Source: Oscillospiraceae bacterium
GTDB taxonomy: Bacteria; Bacillota; Clostridia; Christensenellales; UBA1242
Direction of reading: 5' to 3'
DNA length: 49,138 bases
NCBI GenBank assembly: GCA_963636895.1
Contig: CAVHMC010000002.1
Coordinates: forward strand, 1-49,138
The translations under genes and the position numbers were made by a program. This document shows, piece after piece, positions 1-9,094 of this stretch. The notes beneath the pieces were generated by a model. It saw only the letters and a program-made list of their open reading frames with translations, had not been told where the DNA came from and did no database searches. Positions within the stretch are counted from its first letter, which is position 1, and each line of letters starts with the position of its first letter.

Positions 1-2
1 AT

Positions 3-32
3 AAAAATTAGGTAAAAATTAGGTAAAAATTA
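3..32. repeat. short tandem repeat, 11-nt unit AAAAATTAGGT x2 plus a partial third copy
   Basis: Direct reading: 3-13 and 14-24 are identical and 25-32 is partial. It sits at the window edge just upstream of queH. Confidence 0.5.
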
Positions 33-43
33 AAAGAGAAAAA

Positions 44-601
44 ATGAGAAGAAAATTGTTGTTGCATAGTTGTTGCGGTCCTTGTTCGACGGCATGTATT
101 GATAGATTAAAAGATGATTACGACTTGACAGTATTTTATTACAACCCAAATATTTATCCGCAAGAAGAGTACGTGCATAGACTAAAGGAGCAAATAAGAT
201 ATGTCAAAGAAGCGGGGTTAAATATTTGTGTGGTTGATGGAAAATACGAGGATAATTCCGTTTTCTACAACTCTTTTTGTGGGCTTGAAAAGGAAAAAGA
301 AGGTGGTGCAAGGTGCAAAGTTTGTTTTGCTTTGCGACTAGAAAAAAGTGCACAATACGCCAAGGAAAAGGGTTTTGATATTTTTGCGACGACTCTCAGC
401 GTTTCCCCGCACAAAGATGCAAAGTTGATAAACGAGATTGGTCAAAACTTGTCAAAAAAATATGGTGTAGACTATCTTGTGAGTGATTTTAAGAAAAAGG
501 ACGGTTATCTTATCTCTATAAAAAAATCAAAAGAGTACAATTTGTATCGTCAAAATTATTGCGGTTGCAAGTTTTCCATTTATAAAAAAGAAGAAAAATA
601 A
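44..601 (+). CDS. queH: epoxyqueuosine reductase QueH (DUF208 family)
   Basis: 185-aa ORF with the N-terminal LLHSCCGPCS cysteine motif and the C-terminal YRQNYCGCKFS motif typical of QueH/DUF208. TAA stop. Confidence 0.88.
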   Translation: MRRKLLLHSCCGPCSTACIDRLKDDYDLTVFYYNPNIYPQEEYVHRLKEQIRYVKEAGLNICVVDGKYEDNSVFYNSFCGLEKEKEGGARCKVCFALRLEKSAQYAKEKGFDIFATTLSVSPHKDAKLINEIGQNLSKKYGVDYLVSDFKKKDGYLISIKKSKEYNLYRQNYCGCKFSIYKKEEK

Positions 602-891
602 GGTGGAGATTTTTACACTTTTTGAACAAAATTTTTTTTGCAATTAAATTATTTTTAGTTTTTTTAATCATTTTGTTTTCAAAGAATTCAGTCCTTAGTC
701 AATTTCATAAAACCAACACAAAAAATTGCTTTATTGCAAAATTATCGTTTCAGAATTTACATATATCAAAACTAAAATTTTTGTTTTACAGTCTTAGAAC
801 TTTCGCTCTAAAAATTTTAAAACTTATACGAAAACAAACTTTCCTTTAACCACGAGAAAATTCTTGTGCTACAATTTTTAATTTGTTTTAT

Positions 892-937
892 AAAAAAGTG
901 GACTGCTGAGTTTTTCAACTTTTGTGGTCCACTTTTT
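892..937. terminator. candidate bidirectional hairpin terminator between convergent queH and the ATPase gene
   Basis: GTGGAC (898-903) pairs with GTCCAC (927-932). An A-run lies on the left and a T-run on the right. The loop is large (~23 nt), so confidence is modest. Confidence 0.4.
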
Positions 938-992
938 AGTTATATTTTTCTTGATTTTAGAAATATCAACTTATAATTTTTTTATATAAACC

Positions 993-3353
993 TTAAGTTG
1001 TTTTAGGCTTTTGTTTTCGCTTTTGGGTAAGTTGAAAGATTTTTTCAAACAATTTTTTAAGCAAGGGATAAAATACTGCTATGCAAGTTAACGTTATTCC
1101 CACAAAAATTACTTCGCCTTTTGCGAGTTTAAGGTAGTTGAAAAATGACGGTGGAACGAGGGCAAAAACAAGTACGGCTAGTGCTAGCATGGATAGAGAT
1201 ACTGTTGTCCTAAATTTGTCGAGTGGTAGGCATAAGGTAAGCATGATAAAGAAAGCACCAAAGGTCGCGCAGTAGGAAATGAGAGTGCTAATTAGTTCCA
1301 TTTGATTTGTTACTGTGCAATAAATGTAGCACGCAAGACTACTCAAAAACAAAATCAAGGCACCTGGTAAGGCTTTTGACGACAAACTCGCAAGGAAGGA
1401 CCCACTAACACTTTCCTTTGTTGGTTGAAGTGCTAAAAAGAAGGCTGGAATTCCTATAAAAAACGTCTCCCACACAAGCATTTGATTTGGTTGCAAAGGA
1501 TATTTGTACACCCTTGAAATTAGTACAAAAATTGTTAAGAATATTGCAAAAAATGTTTTTGTTAAAAATAAACTAGATGCTTTTGAGATATTGTTGATAA
1601 CTCTTCTACCTTCGCCCACAATGCTTGGCATTGCAGAAAAATTGTCGTCCAACATGACAAGGTTGCTGGCACTTCTTGTGGCTTCGCTTCCACTTGCCAT
1701 GGCGATAGAGCAGTCGGACTCTTTAAGGGCTAAAATATCATTCACTCCGTCACCCGTCATTGCCACTTTTTTTCCTTGTGCTTTAAGAGAACGAACAAGA
1801 ACGCATTTTTGCTCGGGAGTGACCCTGCCAAAAACGTTGTAATCGTTTGCAATTTTGGACACTTCTTCAAGGGACATATTTTCCAAACTTATGCATTTAT
1901 CGTAGCCTACAACGCCTACTTTTTGCGAAATGCAACTCACAGTGTCCACGTTATCGCCCGAAATAATTTTTATTTCAACGCCGTTGTTGTTAAACCACGC
2001 AATTGTGTCTTTTGCATCTGGGCGAATGTTGTCTTCTATAGAAATAAGGGCTATTGGAGAGTTATCCTTTGAAATATTTTCGTCAATATTTTTTTCCTTT
2101 GACTCGCACAAAATAAGCACGCGATAGCCTTTTGTCGTCAAATTTTTAATAGTGTCTTTTGTTTCGTTGTCGAGATTATTCGTCACAAATTCGGGTGCAC
2201 CCAACATAAATGTCCCAAGAGACTCAAATTCAACTGCGGAGAATTTGCGTTCACTACTAAATTCTACTATATTTTTTGGGGTCTCAACATCTTTTGGGTC
2301 AATCCAAAAATATTTTGAAAGTGCCACATTTGTATTGTTTTGAGTCTTGGTGGCATGTACAAAATTTTGCATAATCTTATTTATTTCTTTGCTACTTTTG
2401 TCAAGCCCTAATACGCTTTTTACAGACATTGTTCCGTCTGTCAAGGTCCCCGTTTTGTCAAGGCACAACACATTTGTGCGGGCCAGCATTTCTATGCTAT
2501 AAATATCTTGCACAAGGGTGCGTTTTTTTGCAAGATTTATAACCCCCACAACAAGGGAAACGCTAGTAAGTAAAAACATTCCCGCAGGCATCATGCCGAT
2601 AATAGAGCCGGACGTCCTTTCAATGGTGGTTGTAAGGTCGTAGGTTGCCTTTAAATCAAGAAAAGTTAAAATTCCAAGTGGTATTAACAAAAACCCAATA
2701 GAGCGAATAATGATGTTGAGCGTTTTTAATATGTCGCTTTGGTTTTCTTTTAACTCTCGAGCCTTTTTAATTAAGGTTGAACTATATGTCTCAAGCCCCA
2801 CTTTTGTAACTATTGTCTTTGCTGTGCCATTTATCACATAACTTCCGCCCAAAAGTTTGTCGCCCGCCAATTTTTTTATAGGTTTGCTTTCTCCAGTGAG
2901 CAAACTTTCGTTTACTTCCACACTCCCTTCAAGTACAACTCCGTCGGCACAAATTTGGTCTCCGCTTTTGATAAAAACAATGTCATCTTTTACAACGCAA
3001 TTTTGTTCGACAAAAGTGTGTTCCCCGTCCCGCAAAACTTCCACCTTGCAGTTGTTGATAACGCTAATTTTATCCACCATTCTTTTTGCCCTGATTTCTT
3101 GCACAAGCCCTATGATAAGGTTGCACAAAAACACACCTGCGAAGGAGACGTTTTGAAAACTTCCCACAGCAATAAGCGTGCCTGCAAGCAAAAAACAAAT
3201 TAGGTTAAACAAAGTAAAAACATTTTCAAAAATTATTTTCCCATAGGACTTTGAAGTCTTGGTCAAAAGGGTGTTCACCTGTTTATGTTTTATGCGTTCT
3301 TCCACTTGCGACTTTGTAAGCCCGATTTCATAATCAATTTTTTCTTGTTCCAT
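993..3353 (-). CDS. cation-translocating P-type ATPase (E1-E2 type, substrate not assignable)
   Basis: 786-aa ORF with the P-type signatures TGES (LTGESKP), the phosphorylation site DKTGTLT and the hinge MTGDGVNDILALK. Multiple TM segments lie at both ends. There is no CPC metal motif. An AAGGA RBS precedes the ATG. Confidence 0.9.
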   Translation of the reverse strand: MEQEKIDYEIGLTKSQVEERIKHKQVNTLLTKTSKSYGKIIFENVFTLFNLICFLLAGTLIAVGSFQNVSFAGVFLCNLIIGLVQEIRAKRMVDKISVINNCKVEVLRDGEHTFVEQNCVVKDDIVFIKSGDQICADGVVLEGSVEVNESLLTGESKPIKKLAGDKLLGGSYVINGTAKTIVTKVGLETYSSTLIKKARELKENQSDILKTLNIIIRSIGFLLIPLGILTFLDLKATYDLTTTIERTSGSIIGMMPAGMFLLTSVSLVVGVINLAKKRTLVQDIYSIEMLARTNVLCLDKTGTLTDGTMSVKSVLGLDKSSKEINKIMQNFVHATKTQNNTNVALSKYFWIDPKDVETPKNIVEFSSERKFSAVEFESLGTFMLGAPEFVTNNLDNETKDTIKNLTTKGYRVLILCESKEKNIDENISKDNSPIALISIEDNIRPDAKDTIAWFNNNGVEIKIISGDNVDTVSCISQKVGVVGYDKCISLENMSLEEVSKIANDYNVFGRVTPEQKCVLVRSLKAQGKKVAMTGDGVNDILALKESDCSIAMASGSEATRSASNLVMLDDNFSAMPSIVGEGRRVINNISKASSLFLTKTFFAIFLTIFVLISRVYKYPLQPNQMLVWETFFIGIPAFFLALQPTKESVSGSFLASLSSKALPGALILFLSSLACYIYCTVTNQMELISTLISYCATFGAFFIMLTLCLPLDKFRTTVSLSMLALAVLVFALVPPSFFNYLKLAKGEVIFVGITLTCIAVFYPLLKKLFEKIFQLTQKRKQKPKTT

Positions 3354-3457
3354 AAATATCCTTTTTTGATTTAAAGTGCGTGTTGTCGCAAATTTTGTGT
3401 GATTATATATAATAATGTTGCAATCTAAAAAACCTAAAAAGCCTTATAATCTTAAAA

Positions 3458-4045
3458 CTAATTCAATTGTTTTACAACGCATGCACAAAGGTCATCTATA
3501 AGGTATTTCCCGTCTTCGCTATCAAAGTCAAAGTCCTTGTCGATTTCTTCCGTCAAAGCGCCAACAATTCCGCAAAAGGCAAAATTGAGATAGACGTCGT
3601 CAAGTTTATAAAGAGTGCCTTCTTCTTCGCCTTTTTCGCAAATTTGTGTAAAAAGAGTTAAAATAACCTCTCTACATTTATAAAGCATTTCGGTTATTGT
3701 GTCTGCGTTTTCTTGGCTTAGGAATGGTGCATAGTTGTCAAGAAAAGTCCATGGCATAACCATCCAATAATTTGCTTTCATCGTTATAATAATTGCCTTT
3801 AAAAAAGTTTTCAAACTTGCTCTAAAAGTTGTGACTTTAAAACTAGAAGAAAAGAACTTCACCATTTTGTTTAAATAGTAAATTATACTATTAAAAACCA
3901 TCTCATCTTTGCTCGAAAAATATTCGTAAATTGTACTTTTTCCCATCTCGCAACGCTTTGCCACGTCAGACAAAGTTATAGACTTGTAGTCCACTCGGTC
4001 GTTAAGCATAGATAGGACTTCTTCATAAATCATTTCTTTTTTCAT
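3458..4045 (-). CDS. TetR/AcrR-family transcriptional regulator
   Basis: 195 aa with an N-terminal helix-turn-helix (ITLSDVAKRCEMGKSTIYEYFSSKDEM) typical of TetR. A GGAGT RBS is present. It lies upstream of, and co-oriented with, the ATPase gene. Confidence 0.85.
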   Translation of the reverse strand: MKKEMIYEEVLSMLNDRVDYKSITLSDVAKRCEMGKSTIYEYFSSKDEMVFNSIIYYLNKMVKFFSSSFKVTTFRASLKTFLKAIIITMKANYWMVMPWTFLDNYAPFLSQENADTITEMLYKCREVILTLFTQICEKGEEEGTLYKLDDVYLNFAFCGIVGALTEEIDKDFDFDSEDGKYLIDDLCACVVKQLN

Positions 4046-4350
4046 TTTGTAACTCCATATATAATTGATATAAATTATTATAAAGGTTTATTTATTAAAA
4101 GTAAAACATTTTTATCAAGTTTTGATATGTTTTGTAAAATAAAATACTATGTTTTCCAATTTTTCGACCGAACGGACTGCTTTTAAAATCTAATAATTAG
4201 GTGCTTTTTCATAAAAACAAGTATGCAAAGTCCAAATTTTAGGACCATTGAGTCTAAAGAAAAATTGAAAGATATAATTGAAATTTTTATTGAAAAAAAG
4301 TAGATAAAAAAAATCGAAAGTTATATAATAATTATGTTAAGGAAATTATT

Positions 4351-5763
4351 ATGAGAAAAACAAAAATTGTATGCACAATAGGTCCATCGACCAATAGTTT
4401 GGAAAAAATTGTAGAACTTTTAAGAGCGGGAATGAATGTCGCAAGACTCAACATGAGCCATGGAGATTTGTCTAGTCATCAAGCAACCTTAAACCTTGTA
4501 AAGAAAGCAAGAAAATTGACCAACTTGCCTTGTGCAATTATGGTGGATACTTGTGGCCCAGAACTTAGAATCGGCACTTTTCAGAATGGAAAGATAGAAC
4601 TTAAAAAAGGAGACAACTTTGTTTTTTCTACCCTAGATACTTTGGGTGACGAAGGAAAGGTCTATTGCCCATATCCAGCCTTGCTAAAAGTTTTGAAGGC
4701 TGGGCAAAAAATGTACGCCAACAATGGCTTGCTTGAATTTGTTGTCAAAGAAATTAAACCCGAAGAGATTGTATGTCGAGTGTCTGTGGGTGGGGTGCTG
4801 AGCGACCACAAGAGCATATCCATTCCACATGTACGCCTGCCTCTTCCTTATGTGAGCGAAAAAGACGACAAGAATATTGCGTTTGCTGTAAAAAACAAAG
4901 TGGAATATATCTCGGCTTCTTTTGTAAGCAATAGAAACGACATTGATACGCTTAAAAATACAATAAAAAAATATGGCGGACAACAAGAAATTATTGCAAA
5001 AATTGAAAACCTTGAAGGAATAAACAATCTTGACTCAATCATTGACGCTTGCGACGGCATTATGGTTGCACGTGGCGATATGGGGACAGAAATTCCTATT
5101 GAGCAAATTCCTGCTGTTCAAAAGAAAATGATAGCCCATTGTATTGCTTATGCAAAAAAGGTTATCGTGGCAACTGAGATGCTCGAAAGTATGACCGCTC
5201 AACGTCGCCCAACGAGAGCGGAGACCACCGACGTCGCACAAGCAATTTACGACAAGTCGGGTTCTACCATGTTGTCCGGTGAAACTGCAAGTGGCAAGTA
5301 TCCTATTGAGAGTTGTGAGACTATGGCTAAGATAGCCCTTGCCACCGAAAAAGTTGTGAATTACGACGACGAGTTTTTATGCAATTATACAAGCAATGGG
5401 AACGATTTGTCCGCAGTCGCCTATTCCGCTTGTGCATCGTCAAGAAGTGTTGGTGCAAAAGCAATTGTGTGTTTTACGGATAAGGGCGAAACTGCCAATG
5501 CCTTATCTCGATTTAGACCAAAGGCGGACATTATTGCCATAACTCATGACGAATACACTTTTAACAAACTTGCCCTTACTTGGGGTGTTATGCCCTTACT
5601 ATCAAAGGAAATTGCAACACAAGAAGAAATGTTGTCACAAGCTTTAATCTTTGCAAAAAATTTAAAATTGGCAAAGAAAGGGGACAAAATAGTTGTAACT
5701 TTGGGTCTGCCTATTTCCAAAAAGGGGCTAACCAACGCTATTCAAATTTTAGAAGTAAAGTAA
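4351..5763 (+). CDS. pyk: pyruvate kinase
   Basis: 470 aa. N-terminal MRKTKIVCTIGPS, MVARGDMG and the rest of the sequence read as canonical pyruvate kinase. An AAGGA RBS is present. Confidence 0.95.
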   Translation: MRKTKIVCTIGPSTNSLEKIVELLRAGMNVARLNMSHGDLSSHQATLNLVKKARKLTNLPCAIMVDTCGPELRIGTFQNGKIELKKGDNFVFSTLDTLGDEGKVYCPYPALLKVLKAGQKMYANNGLLEFVVKEIKPEEIVCRVSVGGVLSDHKSISIPHVRLPLPYVSEKDDKNIAFAVKNKVEYISASFVSNRNDIDTLKNTIKKYGGQQEIIAKIENLEGINNLDSIIDACDGIMVARGDMGTEIPIEQIPAVQKKMIAHCIAYAKKVIVATEMLESMTAQRRPTRAETTDVAQAIYDKSGSTMLSGETASGKYPIESCETMAKIALATEKVVNYDDEFLCNYTSNGNDLSAVAYSACASSRSVGAKAIVCFTDKGETANALSRFRPKADIIAITHDEYTFNKLALTWGVMPLLSKEIATQEEMLSQALIFAKNLKLAKKGDKIVVTLGLPISKKGLTNAIQILEVK

Positions 5764-5791
5764 CTTGTTTGACATATGTGTTGATTATTGT

Positions 5792-5820
5792 TTGACAATT
5801 AATTTTTGTCTTCATATAAT
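5792..5820 (+). promoter_or_regulatory. consensus sigma-A type promoter for the downstream membrane protein gene
   Basis: TTGACA (5792-5797), a 17-nt spacer, then TATAAT (5815-5820). Confidence 0.65.
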
Positions 5821-5859
5821 ATTTAGGTAAATATTTTTTTGAACAAAGGGGGAAATGTC

Positions 5860-6603
5860 ATGATACATTGGAGTTCGATATTTATATTTTTGGTCTTGGG
5901 CCTGTTAGGGCTTTGGGTCGCGTTTAGTTTTCTTAACAAAAATGGTCTTATTCTATTTTCTGTCATTGCTGTTGCTCTTACATATATTCTCACAGGGGCT
6001 CAGTTTGGCGAGTCTTACACTGTGTTGATGGGCGCTGTGTTTATGCCACTTGTTTATTTTTCACTTATCGTTATGTACGAAAAATATAGCAAGGAAGATG
6101 CAAAAAAGATGTTCTTTTGCTTGCTTGCGACTTTTGGAGTCCTATTCTTATGTAAGTTTTTAAACTGCGCGTATGTAGATTCTGCTTATGGTACGGGAAC
6201 TTTCCTTACATGGCAAAATCTTGGCATAAATATTTGCCAAATCATTTCTTTTGCACTTGTTGGCTTTCTTGCCGATGCTTTTGTGGACAAATTTCCTATC
6301 AACAAACAATACAAATATCTACGTCGTGCCGTCATTGTCACAATTGCGGGTGCAATAGATGCCTTGCTTGTTGTGTTTTTGGGATATATTGGTGGAATGT
6401 ATTTTGTTGATATGCTTGTTTCTTTCTTGCTTTATGTCTTGTTTGCAAGTGGCTCAGCCTTTGCGGTAGCTTTTTTGAGAAAATATCTCAATCGTCAACC
6501 TGCACCAATAAATAAAGAGCCGGCAAAAAATGAAGAAGAAGTGGTCGAAGTGGATATAGAAAAAGATACCGACGTTAGAGAAGACGACAAAAGCAATGAA
6601 TAA
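5860..6603 (+). CDS. polytopic membrane protein with an acidic C-terminal tail, possibly VUT/YhhQ (DUF165)-like
   Basis: ATG at 5860 is preceded by AAAGGGGGA (5845-5853), so the TTG at 5839 in the ORF track is probably not the start. There are about 6 hydrophobic segments. The FLADAFVDKF ... AGAIDALLVVFLGY pattern loosely resembles the YhhQ family. The family call is weak. Confidence 0.6.
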   Translation: MIHWSSIFIFLVLGLLGLWVAFSFLNKNGLILFSVIAVALTYILTGAQFGESYTVLMGAVFMPLVYFSLIVMYEKYSKEDAKKMFFCLLATFGVLFLCKFLNCAYVDSAYGTGTFLTWQNLGINICQIISFALVGFLADAFVDKFPINKQYKYLRRAVIVTIAGAIDALLVVFLGYIGGMYFVDMLVSFLLYVLFASGSAFAVAFLRKYLNRQPAPINKEPAKNEEEVVEVDIEKDTDVREDDKSNE

Positions 6604-6815
6604 AAATTAAAAAAAAAGAGATTGTGTTTAAAAGCACTTTCTCTTTTTCTATTGAATAAAAAAAATTGAAAAGTCAAAAAATAAATTAAATAAAAAGTAA
6701 AAATTGTTATATGGAAAAATGAAGACTACATTTTTTTGTAGAAATTAATTTATATTTTTTCAGAGTTGTTTTGTTTTCTTAAATCTTTCTACAAAACTAT
6801 CACGCTCCTCGCTAA

Positions 6816-6838
6816 AATTGTGATTTTTTATCACAATT
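6816..6838. repeat. perfect 9-bp inverted repeat AATTGTGAT-N5-ATCACAATT
   Basis: Direct reading of 6816-6824 and 6830-6838. It lies in non-coding DNA between the membrane protein gene and tRNA-Val. Confidence 0.7.
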
Positions 6839-6921
6839 TCTTGACGCTCCGTTCGAGCCTCTTACATTGCCACTAACAAAAATTATTTTTAAAATTCTTA
6901 TAAATTTTTTCTATAAAACAA

Positions 6922-6948
6922 CAAAAAAAACGCACCAACTATGCGTTC
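6922..6948 (-). terminator. rho-independent terminator downstream of tRNA-Val
   Basis: On the minus strand, AACGCA, a 7-nt loop and TGCGTT are followed by a T8 run (plus-strand A-run 6923-6930). Confidence 0.6.
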
Positions 6949-6956
6949 CCTTTGTT

Positions 6957-7032
6957 TGGTGGGCAATAAGAGACTCGAACTCCTGACTTCCACTACGTCA
7001 AAGTGACACTCTACCAACTGAGTTAATTGCCC
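6957..7032 (-). tRNA. tRNA-Val (anticodon GAC)
   Basis: The reverse complement folds by hand into a 76-nt cloverleaf: GGGCAAT/ATTGCCC acceptor, ACTC/GAGT D stem, TCACT/AGTGG anticodon stem with loop TTGACGT, AGGAG/CTCTT T stem with TTCGAGT loop, and an encoded CCA. Confidence 0.8.
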
Positions 7033-7115
7033 AAAATTTTTAAGATAATTTATTATACACTAAAAAATAAAAATAATCAAGCAGTTTTTATAATAAATTT
7101 GCAATTTTTCTCAAA

Positions 7116-7150
7116 GTGTATAGTTTTACACTTATAGCAAATAAATAAAA
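7116..7150. repeat. 35-nt direct repeat, copy 1 (contains GTGTA-N6-TACAC)
   Basis: GTGTATAGTTTTACACTTATAGCAAATAAATAAAA is identical to 7207-7241. Confidence 0.85.
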
Positions 7151-7206
7151 TTTTTTTATTCATTTAGATTTCATCTTTTCCTTATTTAATTAAAATGGGT
7201 ATGAAT

Positions 7207-7241
7207 GTGTATAGTTTTACACTTATAGCAAATAAATAAAA
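7207..7241. repeat. 35-nt direct repeat, copy 2
   Basis: Identical to 7116-7150 at an offset of 91 nt. The flanking sequence is weakly similar (ATCTTTT..TTATTTAAT), which suggests a decayed ~91-nt tandem duplication. Confidence 0.85.
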
Positions 7242-7425
7242 ATTTCTTTGATATGGGCTTTAATCTTTTAAAGTTATTTAATGTCGTATAATTGTTATAA
7301 AAATTTAAAAAATATAATATCAAAAAAAGTTTTTAGAAAAGAAATTTTGCAACCCTTTATAATTTTGTAACTTTTTAATTTTTTATTTTATTTAAAGTAT
7401 TTATGGCATTTAGATTTTATTTTGG

Positions 7426-7462
7426 CATAAAAAAACCACTTTTGTTTTAAAAGTGGTTTTGT
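7426..7462 (-). terminator. rho-independent terminator of the rpsF-ssb-rpsR operon
   Basis: A 12-bp perfect stem, AAAACCACTTTT (7432-7443) with AAAAGTGGTTTT (7449-7460), has a 5-nt loop and is followed by a T-run on the minus strand. Confidence 0.8.
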
Positions 7463-7465
7463 ATT

Positions 7466-7744
7466 TTATTCTCCCCTAAATGGAAGCAATGCCATATTTC
7501 TTGCACGTTTAACAGCGGTGGTGATTTCTCTTTGATGCATAGCGCAAGTGCCTGTTTGCCTTCTTGGAACGATTTTGCCTTTTTCAGTAACAAATCTTTT
7601 AAGCGTTGCAACGTCTTTGTAGTCTATTTTTTTAGATTTGTCAGCACAAAATACGCAAATCTTTTTTCTTGCAACTCTTTTTGGCTTTCTAACAAACTTT
7701 TCTTCGGTTTGCTCTTTAGCAACTTCTTTTATTTCTTCACTCAT
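7466..7744 (-). CDS. rpsR: 30S ribosomal protein S18
   Basis: 92 aa. The C-terminal half (CVFCADK...IDYKD...[42 protein letters not shown]) is canonical S18. A GGAG RBS is present. Confidence 0.95.
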   Translation of the reverse strand: MSEEIKEVAKEQTEEKFVRKPKRVARKKICVFCADKSKKIDYKDVATLKRFVTEKGKIVPRRQTGTCAMHQREITTAVKRARNMALLPFRGE

Positions 7745-7761
7745 TGCGATAACTCCTTTTA

Positions 7762-8160
7762 TTAAAATGGTAGTGAATCATCTTCAATAGGCTCAAGGTC
7801 GCTATTGCCGTTTGAGGCTGGGGTGGAACTACCAGAACTCTCACTCCCCTTGGTGCTCAAAAATTCTACTTCGTCAGCGACGACTTCCGTAACATACCTT
7901 TTTGTGCCATCTTGCCCATCGTAGGACCTTGTTTGAAGACTGCCCACAATGCCTGCCTTGCTACCTTTTTTAAGGTACTTGTGGCAATTGTCAGCTTGAG
8001 TACGCCATACCACAATGTTTATAAATTCGGCTTCCCTTTCTCCGCCAGACACAAATCTCTTTGGCACTGCAAGTGAAAATCTGCAATAATTTATACCACT
8101 ATTTGTGGTCGACAACTCTGGGTCTTTTGTCAAATTGCCTATTAAAATAACTCTATTCAT
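7762..8160 (-). CDS. ssb: single-stranded DNA-binding protein
   Basis: 132 aa. [16 protein letters not shown] begins an OB fold and the acidic tail ends in DDSLPF. A GGAGA RBS is present. Confidence 0.95.
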   Translation of the reverse strand: MNRVILIGNLTKDPELSTTNSGINYCRFSLAVPKRFVSGGEREAEFINIVVWRTQADNCHKYLKKGSKAGIVGSLQTRSYDGQDGTKRYVTEVVADEVEFLSTKGSESSGSSTPASNGNSDLEPIEDDSLPF

Positions 8161-8186
8161 TTATTCTCCTTAAAACTTTTAAAAAT

Positions 8187-8468
8187 TTACTTTTTGACAA
8201 TAATATGTCTCAAAATTGGCTCTGTAATAAGCATAAGTTTGCCCATTGCACTTGACGTCTCGCTATCGCAAGAATATGTCATAAGTACATAGTAGCCTTC
8301 TTTTTGAAACTTGATTGGATAAGCAAGAGTCTTTACACCCCACTTGTCAATCCCGCTAATTGTACCTTTGGCATTCTCAATCATAGCCTTAAATTTTTCT
8401 ATTACAGCCTCTCTCTCCTCGTCTGTCAACTTTGGAGAAATAACATAAAGCACTTCGTAATTAGCCAT
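8187..8468 (-). CDS. rpsF: 30S ribosomal protein S6
   Basis: 93 aa. MANYEVLYVISP...WGVKTLAYPI is canonical S6. A GGAGG RBS is present. Confidence 0.95.
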   Translation of the reverse strand: MANYEVLYVISPKLTDEEREAVIEKFKAMIENAKGTISGIDKWGVKTLAYPIKFQKEGYYVLMTYSCDSETSSAMGKLMLITEPILRHIIVKK

Positions 8469-8653
8469 CGACTTTACCTCCTTTTGGACTTATTCGGCTG
8501 AGTTTCCCCAGCAAGAAGGAACAATATTTTATATCAAAACATTATTCTAAGCCACATTTTAACAAACCTTTCTAAAAAAATCAAGACTTTTTTGTAAAAT
8601 AATAATAAAGTAAGTTGTGTTTTTATAGCCTTTTAATAACAATTTTGAATTAT

Positions 8654-9094
8654 CTACACTCTTTCATCGTGATTTGTTGCACAACAACAAGCCCCTTGGG
8701 CAAATTTCTCTTTATCATAAGGGATATTGTTTCTATCATAATAATTTTTTACAGCCGACTTTACCGCTTCTTCAGCCAAAACGGAGCAATGAATTTTGTG
8801 TGCTGGCAGTCCGCCCAAAGCTTCTACCACCGCCTTGTTGGAGAGTTCTAGTGCCTTGTCAATAGGTTGCCCTTTTATCATTTCCGTTGCAATAGAACTT
8901 GTTGCAATTGCACTACCGCACCCAAAAGTCATAAATTTTACGTCAGTTATTATGTTGTCTTTTACTTTAATGTACATTCGCATAATGTCGCCACATTTTG
9001 CGTTGCCCACTTCTCCAATGCCGTCAGCGTCGGGCATTTCTCCAACGTTTCTTGGATACTTAAAATGGTCCATAACTTTTTCGCTATATAGCAT
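8654..9094 (-). CDS. iscU: Fe-S cluster scaffold protein, IscU/NifU N-terminal type, with a short Cys-rich C-terminal extension
   Basis: 146 aa with YPRNVG, GNAKCGD, MTFGCGSAIA and HCSVLAEEA motifs. The tail is GACCCATNHDERV. A GGAGA RBS lies 8 nt upstream of the ATG. The gene overlaps the upstream gene by 11 nt. Confidence 0.9.
   Translation of the reverse strand: MLYSEKVMDHFKYPRNVGEMPDADGIGEVGNAKCGDIMRMYIKVKDNIITDVKFMTFGCGSAIATSSIATEMIKGQPIDKALELSNKAVVEALGGLPAHKIHCSVLAEEAVKSAVKNYYDRNNIPYDKEKFAQGACCCATNHDERV

Noticed and set aside
622-849. 75-aa ORF in the queH/ATPase convergent intergenic region
   Set aside because: It has a TTG start with a poorly spaced GGAG and a low-complexity basic/hydrophobic product typical of AT-rich noise. 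No recognisable motif is present. The 390-bp gap is long, but I cannot support a gene.
6819-6835. TGTGA...TCACA as a CRP/cAMP site
   Set aside because: The half-sites are separated by 7 nt, not 6. This lineage (Bacillota-like) is not expected to use CRP. It is retained only as an unexplained palindrome.
8469-8560. Autoregulatory S6:S18-binding leader upstream of rpsF
   Set aside because: Only a weak 4-bp hairpin (GCTG...CAGC) could be drawn. I cannot recall the consensus well enough to support the call.
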